Origin: Candidatus Latescibacterota bacterium
GTDB taxonomy: Bacteria; Latescibacterota; CBDEFO01
Length of the DNA: 64,000 nt
Reading direction: 5' to 3'
Assembly: GCA_965237525.1 (NCBI GenBank)
Contig: CBDEFO010000008.1
Coordinates: forward strand, 320,001 to 384,000
Shown: positions 19,705 to 29,486 of the stretch, piece by piece
Position numbering within the stretch: the first letter of the stretch is position 1
How the letters are laid out: every line of letters starts with the position of its first letter
Notes under the pieces: model-generated
Told to the model about the DNA's origin: nothing
The model's database searches: none
Seen by the model: only the letters and a program-made list of their open reading frames with translations
Translations under genes and position numbers: made by a program

Positions 19705-19917
19705 CTAAGGCGTACTCTTGCTGCGATTCTTAAAGTCGCCGTATTCCTTAGCCCTTTCTTCCGCATTTTGCCCCGTAAATCGAGCCATATAGCAGTTCCC
19801 TTCGTCCTCATAGTCAATCGTCTCTGCGATCCATTCTCCTGGGTAAAACTTGCACTCCTGAACTTCGTAAACTAATGAGCTCTCCATTTGAGGAGCTTCT
19901 GGGGCAGTCGTAGTCAT
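19705..19917 (-). CDS. small hypothetical cargo protein (70 aa)
   Basis: CAGGAGG RBS before ATG at 19917. Confidence 0.55.
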   Translation of the reverse strand: MTTTAPEAPQMESSLVYEVQECKFYPGEWIAETIDYEDEGNCYMARFTGQNAEERAKEYGDFKNRSKSTP

Positions 19918-19934
19918 TGAGTTATCCTCCTGCT

Positions 19935-19957
19935 GGGAACTTTGGTAGATAATCCCT
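19935..19957. repeat. internal copy of the IS1595 right end
   Basis: GGGAACTTTGGTAGATAATCCCT, 20/23 match to the element-1 right TIR. Confidence 0.8.
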
Positions 19958-20042
19958 TTTTTTACCGGTCGCCGTCCGAACCTGCCGATAGCCGCATGAA
20001 TGAAGACCAAGTGATGAATGATTTTCTATGGGGAGTTCAATC

Positions 20043-20213
20043 ATGAATCAGCACAAACCCGATAGCCGTCCCACAGTAGAGATTCCGCCGCAGGACCACC
20101 AGCCGAGCAAGGCGGAGCTGGAGGAAGAGATCAAGATTGACGCTACGCCGGAGGAGGTGGCACGGCAGCTGGTGCAGCCAGTGGTGGCAGTGGAGCGGGA
20201 GGAACCGAAATGA
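20043..20213 (+). CDS. divergent homolog of the small IS1595-associated protein
   Basis: IKIDATPEEVARQLV vs IKLPASAEEIARNIF; similar length (56 aa). Confidence 0.6.
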   Translation: MNQHKPDSRPTVEIPPQDHQPSKAELEEEIKIDATPEEVARQLVQPVVAVEREEPK

Positions 20214-20434
20214 TTGTCAGCCTCGAAAGTGTAAGCTACCAGCAAACCGAGGCGAAGGTGGTATGGGCTTTCCAGTCTCATGACAGCGAAATGTTTCGGC
20301 TATCTGTTCAAGTAAGACTTGCCGATCTTCCTCCAGCGCAGCTACACGAGAATACAATTCGCGTAGCGCAGAAAGTGCTGATTCTTCGCTTGGAGGAGAT
20401 TCTGTCAAAGCTTCAGGAACAGCCGGAAGAGTAG
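20210..20434 (+). CDS. small hypothetical cargo protein
   Basis: ATGA overlap with the preceding ORF. Confidence 0.5.
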   Translation: MIVSLESVSYQQTEAKVVWAFQSHDSEMFRLSVQVRLADLPPAQLHENTIRVAQKVLILRLEEILSKLQEQPEE

Positions 20435-20535
20435 TTGCGCTCATGCTATAATAGATAGGAAATTTCAGCACGTCTGGCAAGGTGGCGCCTGACTACCCGC
20501 CCGTGGGCACTTTGCGATATAATCCCCTAAATTTT

Positions 20536-20859
20536 CGGTTCTGGAGTCCGTTTAAGGGCGGCTTTAATAATTTAGCCTCTGTGGTCGGCTATATCGGGCC
20601 GAAAGAGCCGAGGGCTGAGAGAGATTTTCAACTCCTGGCTCCAGTTGTCGAGGTGGGCGAATGGGATCTGCTTTCCTTTTCATTCTCAGTGCCGCCCAAC
20701 AGGCCAGAAAGCGTCTGGGTCGCCGTGGGATTTACGGTCACGTGGGAGTCCGAGCAGACTTATTACATAGATGATGTAGTTGTGGAAGTCAGCGGTTCTC
20801 AACCGACGGCTGTGGAGGCGATCTCCTGGGGACAGATTAAGAGTAAGAGCCGACGGTAG
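20536..20859 (+). pseudogene. secreted protein, 3' part, with VEAISWGQIK C-terminal motif
   Basis: In-frame continuation of 16082..16390 (...VTVNF|RFWSP...). Confidence 0.88.
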
Positions 20860-20895
20860 ACGGTTACAATTGAAGATCGGTTAAGGAGAAATAAT

Positions 20896-21306
20896 ATGAT
20901 CGCCGGCATCAACCATATAACACTGTCCGTCAGGAATGTAGAGGAGTCCTTTGTCTTCTACACTCAAGTTTTGGGGTTTCACCCCGCGGCTAAATGGCCC
21001 AAAGGTGCTTATCTATTGGCCGATGACGTCTGGATTGCTCTCGTCCTGGATCGACATGTCCGAGAGAGCGTGCTTCCCGAATATACACACATCGCTTTTA
21101 CCGTCTGCCCTCAGAGCTTCGAAGCTCTGAGTGAGCGCATAACGCTTTCTGAGGCAGAGATTTGGCAGGATAATTGGACTGAAGGGGCATCTCTTTACTT
21201 TTTGGATCCTAATGGGCATAAGCTGGAGATTCATGCGTCTGACCTCGATACCCGAATAAGAACAGCAAAAGAGAGTCCGTGGGAAGGGTTGAAGTTCTAT
21301 GTTTAA
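20896..21306 (+). CDS. VOC family protein, FosA-like glutathione transferase
   Basis: GINHITLSV, YTHIAF, EGASLYFLDPNGHKLEIH. Confidence 0.85.
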   Translation: MIAGINHITLSVRNVEESFVFYTQVLGFHPAAKWPKGAYLLADDVWIALVLDRHVRESVLPEYTHIAFTVCPQSFEALSERITLSEAEIWQDNWTEGASLYFLDPNGHKLEIHASDLDTRIRTAKESPWEGLKFYV

Positions 21307-21343
21307 CCGGCAATGTGCAATCGTAAGATTGGAGGTCGCTAAG

Positions 21344-22576
21344 ATGAAAAGAATGCTACTATCTTTTGTGCTCATTTTCCTCATTTCTACACCGGCCCTC
21401 GCACAGGCCCCGCGCATAGACGTGGTATTCCTTTTAGATGCTACAGGGAGCATGGCGGACGAGATAGCCGTGGTCAAGGGTAAGATCAGGGATATAATCA
21501 CCGAAATCTCTCTTGGTGATCCCGCTCCCGACGTCAGGTTCGGAATTGTAGCCTACAGGGACAGAGGAGACGAATACGTGACCAGGTCATTCCCGCTCAC
21601 AAGAGACCTCGATTCTATCGTGGAGAATTTAGAATCCATAGAGGCCGCCGGAGGTGGCGACTACGAGGAGAGCCTCAACGAGGCCCTGCACGTGGCCATA
21701 AACCAGATAAATTGGGACCTTGATCCCCAGACGGTCAAGATCATCTTCCTGATCGCAGACGCTCCGCCGCACACAGATTATCCCGACGACTACGATTACT
21801 GGGACGAGGTACCTATAGCTCTGGAGAAGTTCATTATTGTCTATGCCATAGGAGCCAGCGGGTTGAGTGAGGAGGGAGAGAGGATATTCACGGAGATAGC
21901 TGAGGGCACGGAGGGGACTTTTCAGTGGCTCACATATCAGAGGGAATTTGTCGATTCTGAAGGAGATACGGTGCTCGTCGTCACAAAAGGACGGGAAACT
22001 TCCTACACCAAGGGTGACAGCACGTGGGTACCGTCGGAAGGAGAGGTCATATTCGCTGGAGAAGGACCAAGTGAAGGAGACGTTGTAACCGTAGGTGGAG
22101 AGCCAGAGAGGGGAGGAGACGGCACCGCAGGTTCCGCTGGTACCTCAGCGGGAGCTGCGGAGAACAATCTGGATGCGCTGGTGACGGAGACCATCAAAAG
22201 GGCGGCTGAGGAAAGAGGGGTAGAATACGAAGATCCCACGGCTGTCGAGGAAGAAACGGACACAGGCACATCGATACCAGAGCTATTTACGCTCGGAGAA
22301 AACTTCCCCAATCCATTCAACCCAGCGACCGTGATTCCGTTCTCCATAGCCTCAAGTTACGGATTCTCTGTCAGATACGAGCTATCGGTCTACGATATAC
22401 TCGGGAAAAGGGTCAGAACTCTCTTTGAAGGGGGACTTTCCCCCGGAGAATACACTGTCGGATGGGACGGCACAGACGAAGGAGGTAGGCAAGTCTCAAG
22501 CGGCATCTATCTGTACCGTCTCAGGGGATTGGACGGCTCGTTCTTGCAGGCTAAAAAGATGATACTGGCAAGATGA
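21344..22576 (+). CDS. secreted vWA-domain protein with FlgD/T9SS-like C-terminal domain
   Basis: DATGSM MIDAS, GGGDYEE; ENFPNPFNP...WDGTD...SSGIYLYRL. Confidence 0.9.
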   Translation: MKRMLLSFVLIFLISTPALAQAPRIDVVFLLDATGSMADEIAVVKGKIRDIITEISLGDPAPDVRFGIVAYRDRGDEYVTRSFPLTRDLDSIVENLESIEAAGGGDYEESLNEALHVAINQINWDLDPQTVKIIFLIADAPPHTDYPDDYDYWDEVPIALEKFIIVYAIGASGLSEEGERIFTEIAEGTEGTFQWLTYQREFVDSEGDTVLVVTKGRETSYTKGDSTWVPSEGEVIFAGEGPSEGDVVTVGGEPERGGDGTAGSAGTSAGAAENNLDALVTETIKRAAEERGVEYEDPTAVEEETDTGTSIPELFTLGENFPNPFNPATVIPFSIASSYGFSVRYELSVYDILGKRVRTLFEGGLSPGEYTVGWDGTDEGGRQVSSGIYLYRLRGLDGSFLQAKKMILAR

Positions 22577-22592
22577 ACGGAGGTGACTTGTA

Positions 22593-24971
22593 ATGAGATT
22601 CATTATGATTATGATTTCCATTCTCGCATTCGCAACATCTGTCTTTGCCGACGGCATAATACTACCTGAGCCTTGGGTTGACATCTCGATCAAATATCAC
22701 AGGGTCGAAGTCCAGATAAGGGATCAGGCCACGACCACGTTCATAGATCAGGTCTTCATAAACAACGCCAACTTCGACGTCGAAGGGATCTACATGTTTC
22801 CCATCCCCGAAGGGGCGTCAATATCGGCATTCTCCATGTTCGTGGATGGAGAGCCTTTGAACGCCGAGATCCTTCCTGCCGACGAGGCGAGAAGGATATA
22901 CGAGGATATAGTCAGACAGAGAATCGATCCGGCGCTCCTGGAATATGCAGGGCAGGGCGCATACAGGGCCAGGATCTTTCCGATCCCCGCGAACGGAGAG
23001 AAGAGGGTTCAGCTCTCCTACGACGAGATCATAGAGAGAGAGAATGACGTTTTAAAGTACACATATCCTCTTAACACGGAAAAGTTCTCGTCCAAGCCCT
23101 TAGAGGACGTGTCCGTGAGCGTGACGATAAACTCCACAGATCCTATTAAGACCATCTACTCGCCGTCTCATGACATTGCGATCATAAAGTCGGACGGCCA
23201 CAATGCGCTGGCCATCTACGCCGATGAGGACACGACACCCACACAGGACTTCGTCCTCTACTATACCATATCAGAGGACAATGTGGGGATCAATCTCTTG
23301 ACATTCAGGGAAGAGGGTCTGGACGGATTCTATCTGTTGTTGGCGTCGCCCAAGGTGGAGATAGCAGAAGATGAGATAGTAAATAAGAGGATGATATTCA
23401 TACTCGACACGTCGGGGAGCATGAGCAGAGATAACAAGATGGAACAGGCAAAAGAGGCGTTAAAGTTCGTTCTGGACAACCTTAACGCTACGGATGAGTT
23501 CAACATCGTGGCTTACAACACGATAGTGTCGGAGTTCTCTGATGTCTCCCTGCAGGCCACGCCGGAGAACGTTGGGGAAGCCAAGGTCTATGTGGAGGGA
23601 CTAACATCCAACGGCGGGACGAACATCAACGGTGCGCTGATAAGAGGACTGAGCTTTGTGGGGGAGGACGACCTGACAAATATGATGATCTTTTTAACGG
23701 ACGGAAAACCCACGATTGGGGTCACAGAGGACGAACAGATCATAAGTAACGTCCAGAACGCCAACACACAAAACGTCAGGCTATTCATCTTCGGCGTGGG
23801 ATACGACGTCAATACCATCCTTCTGGACGCCCTCTCAAGCCAGAACAGCGGTATATCGTCCTATGTGACACCCGAGGAGGACATCGAAGTCGAGGTTTCA
23901 TCGTTCTACAGCAAGGTCAGCAACCCCGTCCTTTCCAATCTGGTTCTGGATTTTTCGAGCATCAGCGTCCTCGACTTCTACCCGCAGGAGCTCCCTGATC
24001 TGTTTAAAGGCTCACAGATAATACAGTTGGGACGCTTCAGGGGAGATGGAACTAACGCAGTGGGGCTGTCGGGAGACGTAAACGGAGCTCCGCTGGTCTT
24101 CCAAATGGAAGTGGACTTCCCGGTTTTTAGCCTGGAGAACGACTTCATACCGAGGCTCTGGGCCACACGGAAGATCGGGTTTTTGATGAACCAGATAAGG
24201 CTGCACGGACAGGATCAGGAACTTGTGGACGAGATAATCGCCCTATCTAAGGAATACGGCATAATCACCCCCTACACGTCCTTCCTGATAGTCGAGGACG
24301 AAGTCCCGCCCACCTTTGCGGACAACTTTACAAAGGAGAGCGGAGTTGAAGCCGTAAGGGCTTCTGACGCTGCTGCTGACTATAGTAGCGCCTCCAACGC
24401 CGGGGGAGTCCAGAAAGAAGGCGTGAAATACGTGGGGAATAAGACGTTTTTCTTGAGAGACGGATTCTGGCAAGACAGCCGCTATACAAAGGGAGATCCT
24501 GCACTCGATTTCCGCTACGGAAGCGAAAGATATTTTAAGCTAATAGCTCAAAAACCGGAGAGCGGGCGCTATCTTGCAATAGGAACAAACGTCATAGTCA
24601 ACTTTGAGGGACAGACCTACAGGATAGGCGAAAGTATAACGGCAGTGAAGGAAGAAGGTAACGATGAATCGTCCCTTCCCGATCAGTTCCAACTGGATCA
24701 GAACTTCCCGAACCCGTTCAACCCTACGACAACTATCCGATTTACAGTGCTGCCAGAAGATTCACCAGACGTGAAACTATCCGTGTATAATTTGTCGGGA
24801 CAGAGGATAAGGACACTTATCTCCAGCAAGATGGAAATCGGAGAGTATGCAGTTACGTGGGACGGGAAAGATGAGGTTGGAAAAGAGGTCGCAAGCGGAG
24901 TCTATCTCTACAGATTAGATGTAGATAAGGACAGGTTCATCCAGACAAGGAAGATGGTCTTGATGAGATAG
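22593..24971 (+). CDS. secreted VIT + vWA (inter-alpha-trypsin-inhibitor-like) protein with FlgD/T9SS-like tail
   Basis: VIT N-terminal domain, DTSGSM, LTDG, RLWA, TPYTSFL; QNFPNPFNP tail. Confidence 0.92.
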   Translation: MRFIMIMISILAFATSVFADGIILPEPWVDISIKYHRVEVQIRDQATTTFIDQVFINNANFDVEGIYMFPIPEGASISAFSMFVDGEPLNAEILPADEARRIYEDIVRQRIDPALLEYAGQGAYRARIFPIPANGEKRVQLSYDEIIERENDVLKYTYPLNTEKFSSKPLEDVSVSVTINSTDPIKTIYSPSHDIAIIKSDGHNALAIYADEDTTPTQDFVLYYTISEDNVGINLLTFREEGLDGFYLLLASPKVEIAEDEIVNKRMIFILDTSGSMSRDNKMEQAKEALKFVLDNLNATDEFNIVAYNTIVSEFSDVSLQATPENVGEAKVYVEGLTSNGGTNINGALIRGLSFVGEDDLTNMMIFLTDGKPTIGVTEDEQIISNVQNANTQNVRLFIFGVGYDVNTILLDALSSQNSGISSYVTPEEDIEVEVSSFYSKVSNPVLSNLVLDFSSISVLDFYPQELPDLFKGSQIIQLGRFRGDGTNAVGLSGDVNGAPLVFQMEVDFPVFSLENDFIPRLWATRKIGFLMNQIRLHGQDQELVDEIIALSKEYGIITPYTSFLIVEDEVPPTFADNFTKESGVEAVRASDAAADYSSASNAGGVQKEGVKYVGNKTFFLRDGFWQDSRYTKGDPALDFRYGSERYFKLIAQKPESGRYLAIGTNVIVNFEGQTYRIGESITAVKEEGNDESSLPDQFQLDQNFPNPFNPTTTIRFTVLPEDSPDVKLSVYNLSGQRIRTLISSKMEIGEYAVTWDGKDEVGKEVASGVYLYRLDVDKDRFIQTRKMVLMR

Positions 24972-24997
24972 ACCCCTTTTGAGTGGAGAGTATTACA

Positions 24998-25032
24998 AGA
25001 GCCGAAGATCAGTTGTTGAGGGCTTCGGCTCT
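24998..25032. terminator. hairpin between convergent genes
   Basis: AGAGCCGAAG...CTTCGGCTCT. Confidence 0.55.
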
Positions 25033-25115
25033 CTTAGTTTGCTATATATCTCTCGACGATCGAGTATCCCTTGAAGAGATGCGATTAAGGTTCGTTTGAT
25101 ATATCTTCTACTCTG

Positions 25116-26648
25116 TCAGCCCACTCTGTCAAACCCACATAATTTGAGTGTGGATACCTTCTTGGTCTTCAGATCGGCGGCACGGATCACGTGGTTATTG
25201 GTGTCTGCGATATAGAGTTTGTCATAGGCCACACTTACCCCGGACGGTTCATCGAAGGTGGCTGAATCGCCATCGCGCAGGCCCTCTTCGCCTGTCCCCA
25301 GGAAGGTCACTGCGCTTTTTGTGCGCGGAAACACCTGTTTGATCTTGTTGTTGTAGGTGTCCGCCACAAAGAGAACGCCAGCGTGATAGACAACGCCCAG
25401 GGGATGCTGCAGACGAACGTGCTCCCCGCTCCCATCTTGGTCGCCGAATTCGAACAGGTCGAGGCCCACGATGGTCTCAACGCGGCCATTTGGATCCAGA
25501 TCGGCGGCGCGAATTGAGCTGACTTCGCTATCGGCAAAGTAGAGTTTCTCACCGTCGGTGGTGATGCCTGAAGGCTGTGCCAGGGCAGAGGCGCGCAGGG
25601 GTCCATCGGTCCTGGCTTCCTGTCCGCTGCCGGCGTAGGGACCGATTTCGGCACTCTCTAAATCCATCTTCCAGATCTGGTGCGGTCCAGCCATGGCGAT
25701 ATACAGATAACCGTCGTGCACTACGAGGTCCCAAGGCGAGTTCAGCGCCACGTCTACCCCAACGCCCCAACTGTTAAATTGCCGCGCCTGCACTCCCGTC
25801 CCGGCGATGGTGGCGACGGTTCTGCTTTCCAGATCCAGACTTCGGATAGCGTGATTTTCCGTGTCCGCTACATAGAGGATATTACCGTCCGGCGCGAGCG
25901 CCATGCCCTGCGGGTGGTTAAAGGCCGCCTCTTGAAAGCTCCCATTATCCAGTCCGATCGCACCGTTCCCGACAATCTCCTCTATCGCCCCATCCAAAGA
26001 GGCGATGAGGATGCGGTTGTGATTAGAATCGGCTATGAAAAGCCGCTCCGATGCCTCGTCTGCCAGCACTTTGCCGGGGAAGGAAAGGTCGGTCGCTGAC
26101 TCCGTGTCGGTCGCCGACCCCGCGGTCAAATCGGACAGGCGCTGGCGCTCCAAATTAAATCTGATAGGCTCACGGTTCAGGATCCCCTGACCCTCGAACT
26201 CCTGAATCACCTGCCCGATCAGTCGGTCAAACGCCTCGTAGATGCCTTCGCCCGGCAGATATCCTACCACCTTCCCAACAGGATCGATCAGATAGAGAGT
26301 CGGCCAGGAACGCACACTGTACTTTTGCCAGATGACCATATCCCTATCGTTTACCACGGGGTGCTCGATCTCATAGCGGAGGATCGCCTGGCGGATATTG
26401 TCCGTCTCCTTTTCGGTGGTAAATTTGGCCGAATGTACTCCAATGACGACAAGCTCGCGGCTGTATTTCCGTTCAAGCTTCTTCAGATCAGGCAGGACGT
26501 GCATACAGTTGATACAGCAGTACGTCCAGAAATCCAGCAGGGCTACTTTCCCGCGAAGCGCCTTCAAAGTAACCGGGTACTCGGTGTTGAGCCAGTGCAT
26601 CCCTTCTGGGAAATCAGGAGCGTCCACTTTTTCCGCATAGTCTGCCAT
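25116..26648 (-). CDS. thioredoxin-like + NHL-repeat protein
   Basis: [17 protein letters not shown], multiple ADTxNH NHL repeats. Confidence 0.92.
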   Translation of the reverse strand: MADYAEKVDAPDFPEGMHWLNTEYPVTLKALRGKVALLDFWTYCCINCMHVLPDLKKLERKYSRELVVIGVHSAKFTTEKETDNIRQAILRYEIEHPVVNDRDMVIWQKYSVRSWPTLYLIDPVGKVVGYLPGEGIYEAFDRLIGQVIQEFEGQGILNREPIRFNLERQRLSDLTAGSATDTESATDLSFPGKVLADEASERLFIADSNHNRILIASLDGAIEEIVGNGAIGLDNGSFQEAAFNHPQGMALAPDGNILYVADTENHAIRSLDLESRTVATIAGTGVQARQFNSWGVGVDVALNSPWDLVVHDGYLYIAMAGPHQIWKMDLESAEIGPYAGSGQEARTDGPLRASALAQPSGITTDGEKLYFADSEVSSIRAADLDPNGRVETIVGLDLFEFGDQDGSGEHVRLQHPLGVVYHAGVLFVADTYNNKIKQVFPRTKSAVTFLGTGEEGLRDGDSATFDEPSGVSVAYDKLYIADTNNHVIRAADLKTKKVSTLKLCGFDRVG

Positions 26649-26662
26649 CCAAGCTGTCTCCC

Positions 26663-27331
26663 CTAAACATTTTGGCCTATCGCATCCCAGTACATCAGCT
26701 CGTACGCTTGCAGCAGTCGCGCGGCGCGGACGATCAGGGCTGGAGCGATTCCGCGGTCGAGTCCGCCCTGAATGACCAGCAGTGCTTCTTCTTCAAAGGG
26801 CGGAAGATTGGCGAACCGGTCGAAGAACTCCACGTCCGCCTCAAGAAAATCGTACTGTTCTGTGAGTGCCTTGCTCATTCGCCCGCAGTTGGCGCCCCAC
26901 GCAGCGAAGTTGAGAAGGAAGGCGGCGGCGAGTTCCGCGTCGGAGCCGTAGAGCGAAAGCCATGCCACAAACGCGCAGTAGGCGTGACCTCCCGGCAGCG
27001 GTTCAAACGCTTTCAGAGCTCCCTCGGTCATTCCCAGCGCTGCTCCGAATTGCAGGAGCTCCTCAAAGGCCGCAGTTTCCCCCTCGAGCACTCCCAGCAA
27101 AAACCTCCGGCTCGGCAGATGCCCGTGCCGGGACACTAACTGTGCTACACTTCTCAGGTCGCTCCCGATGACGTGATACTGCTGTCCGGCGAAGACCTTT
27201 AAACTCTTGCGTTTAACCTGTCCCTTGTCCAGGGCGTCGAGATAAGGATGATGTAGGATTCTCCCTTCAAGAGGTTTCAAATCAGAGCGAATCTGTTCAA
27301 CAAGTTGACGGACGTCGCCCACAGAAGTCAC
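26663..27331 (-). CDS. TenA/THI-4/PqqC-like protein
   Basis: HPYL...QQY...YELMYWD; GTG overlaps the FIST gene stop. Confidence 0.75.
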   Translation of the reverse strand: MTSVGDVRQLVEQIRSDLKPLEGRILHHPYLDALDKGQVKRKSLKVFAGQQYHVIGSDLRSVAQLVSRHGHLPSRRFLLGVLEGETAAFEELLQFGAALGMTEGALKAFEPLPGGHAYCAFVAWLSLYGSDAELAAAFLLNFAAWGANCGRMSKALTEQYDFLEADVEFFDRFANLPPFEEEALLVIQGGLDRGIAPALIVRAARLLQAYELMYWDAIGQNV

Positions 27332-28512
27332 CTCTCTCCGAATAGCACCAGCGCCGCTGTGTAGTTGTGGGCATAGTTGCGACCGCCCACCGGGGCAATC
27401 TCTCCGTTGCCGAAAAAGCCGGTCAGGGGCAACTCCCCGAAGAACTCCTTGATAACCCCCAGGTCGTGGTTGGGTTGTCCGTAAAGCCCCGCACCCCGTC
27501 CCAGACAGTTGAAGCAAAGACCGAAGTGCAACTTTACCCCCTGCGTCTGCCCGAACAGGCCAGAGACCATCTGGTGCATGTCGCTACGGGCAGCGCGGGC
27601 GTCCCGGATTTGGAACTGGGCAGTTTGACCTTCCTGCACCAGTTGTGCCACTGCTGTGCCTTGCGATTTCGGGTCCATTCCAATAATGTTGCGCACCAGG
27701 AAGTCACCCCACCTCAGAGACGCGTTCTCTTCCATAGCGATTCCCACAAACAGATTATGCGTCGCCCGCTCCCTCTCATCATCGGGGAGCTCCTGAAAGA
27801 CCTCTTCCAGCATCTCCAGGGTGGGGCGGCCGTCTATTTCCAGGATGAGGTTCCCTTCACAGTGGGTGATGAACCCCGGTTCCCCGATAGGTTCACAGCC
27901 CTGCGCCACACCGACGTGCGTGGTGAACTGGCCGCCCCAGAGGACTCCGGAGATCCCATGAACCTCGATGTCAGTATTGCACCACTGGAAGGTCTCCCGT
28001 TGGACCCCCCCGCCCGATGCCGCTCCACCCACAATAGGCAGCGTGCCGCCATCGCGCTCAATGTGCTGCACTAACTCATTGGCCCCAACGCTGAGGACAT
28101 CCGGGAGTATCATCATCAGCGGATGCGCCTTTTGAGAAGGATCGGCAAGGTTGCGGATATCGGCGGCGGGCAGAGCGGCGTCCCTGGTATCTGGGTTCAC
28201 AGATACTAAGAACGGTTCGACAGACATGGCGTCCGACCTCACTGCGAGCACGGCGATCCCCGGCTGACGTTCGAACTCCCCCTGGGTCGTCAGCACTCCC
28301 ATCCCGCTGCACCCGACCAAATTGCGGGCGCCCGTTACCGTGCTGACAGTCGAAAGCATCTCTCCGTAGGCGTTTCGGTAGTCCGTAGTGGCAAACACAA
28401 CTGCCAAGTCAGCTCTATTCACACCTGCCTGATCCAGGGCGCTCTCTGCGGCGGTGCGGGCGGCAGCCTCCGCTGCCTCCGATCCCGAATATCCGACCCC
28501 TGCGTGTGTCAT
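27328..28512 (-). CDS. FIST signal-transduction domain protein
   Basis: GCSGMG, GGAASG, VAQGCEPIG, CLGRG, GFFGNGEI. Confidence 0.9.
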   Translation of the reverse strand: MTHAGVGYSGSEAAEAAARTAAESALDQAGVNRADLAVVFATTDYRNAYGEMLSTVSTVTGARNLVGCSGMGVLTTQGEFERQPGIAVLAVRSDAMSVEPFLVSVNPDTRDAALPAADIRNLADPSQKAHPLMMILPDVLSVGANELVQHIERDGGTLPIVGGAASGGGVQRETFQWCNTDIEVHGISGVLWGGQFTTHVGVAQGCEPIGEPGFITHCEGNLILEIDGRPTLEMLEEVFQELPDDERERATHNLFVGIAMEENASLRWGDFLVRNIIGMDPKSQGTAVAQLVQEGQTAQFQIRDARAARSDMHQMVSGLFGQTQGVKLHFGLCFNCLGRGAGLYGQPNHDLGVIKEFFGELPLTGFFGNGEIAPVGGRNYAHNYTAALVLFGER

Positions 28513-28654
28513 GACAATCACAGCCTCAAAGTTGTGCAGTTGAACCTTCTACAAAGATGCTAAGTTTGTGTATTGTGCCTTCGTCGTTAAACCTTCATTG
28601 GCACTGTAGGGTAATAGTGATGGGTAAAAGTAGAAAAGCTGCGGCATGTGTTAG

Positions 28655-29368
28655 TCATCCCAGGTTTACGTCGTGCTGGCGTGCGCGATGAAATCCCTCC
28701 AACTGGCTGTTAGCGTTGACAATGGATTCCAACTTCTGAATCAGGGTGTCTACCTGACCTCCGAGCAGGGCAAAGTAGAGTTCGTCATCCTCCAGCCCGG
28801 TATAGACCCGATTGCCGATGCAGCCGAGGCTCGCCACGCTTCGCTCTGTGCGCAGGACCTCAGGGATTGCCGCGCAGGTCGGACGCCCCATCATCGCGCC
28901 CTCGGCGCCGATCCCTGCGGCGTGTGCTGCCTCTGCAAGGAGCATCACCTGCTTGGCATTGCCGCTGACAAGTACAACATCCGGTTCTAAGGGCGCATCA
29001 GCGAGCGGGGCGTAGATGGCGACGCCGAACCCACCTTCCCGTCGCGGAATTGCTGCCACTTCCTCAGGGAGGAGATAGTCAAGATCGGCCATCGTCCGTA
29101 CAAGTCCCTCGAGTTCCTTCTCCTGTGCCGGTGGAAGGTCAATACCGTGCGTGTGTGCGCCGATGGGGCAGTTGAAATGGTCCGACGCTTCCGTGTAGAA
29201 GATCTGACCCTCGGCTGCGTGCTTCCAGTAAGCGCAGCCTGCGGGCGCGGAGGATGAGATCCTGAGGACATTTTCCGGAGGAGTCGCCCGGAATGCCAGC
29301 GCGATCGGAGCCATTCTCAGCCCCAGAAGATCCACGAGCTGCTTTGCTGCCTTTATACTATCCATCAC
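28655..29368 (-). CDS. DUF169-like Cys-rich protein
   Basis: AGCAYW, NCPIG, PTCA, SLGCIGNR. Confidence 0.7.
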   Translation of the reverse strand: MMDSIKAAKQLVDLLGLRMAPIALAFRATPPENVLRISSSAPAGCAYWKHAAEGQIFYTEASDHFNCPIGAHTHGIDLPPAQEKELEGLVRTMADLDYLLPEEVAAIPRREGGFGVAIYAPLADAPLEPDVVLVSGNAKQVMLLAEAAHAAGIGAEGAMMGRPTCAAIPEVLRTERSVASLGCIGNRVYTGLEDDELYFALLGGQVDTLIQKLESIVNANSQLEGFHRARQHDVNLG

Positions 29369-29486
29369 GCAATCCTTTCTCCTTTTAAATTGAAATAGTT
29401 CTCCTTAACTCGTCACAGGTGCTGCAACGCTTGATCGTCGAAACGCTCGATGTGGTGATAAGGACAGGGGGCGTCGGTGCTGTGGA

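Larger units (their letters stand above)
16391..20527 (+). mobile_element. IS1595-family cargo transposon, element 2 (4137 bp)
   Basis: TIRs 16391-16413 and 20505-20527 (21/23 match); TSD TAAATTTT at 16383-16390 and 20528-20535. Confidence 0.95.
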
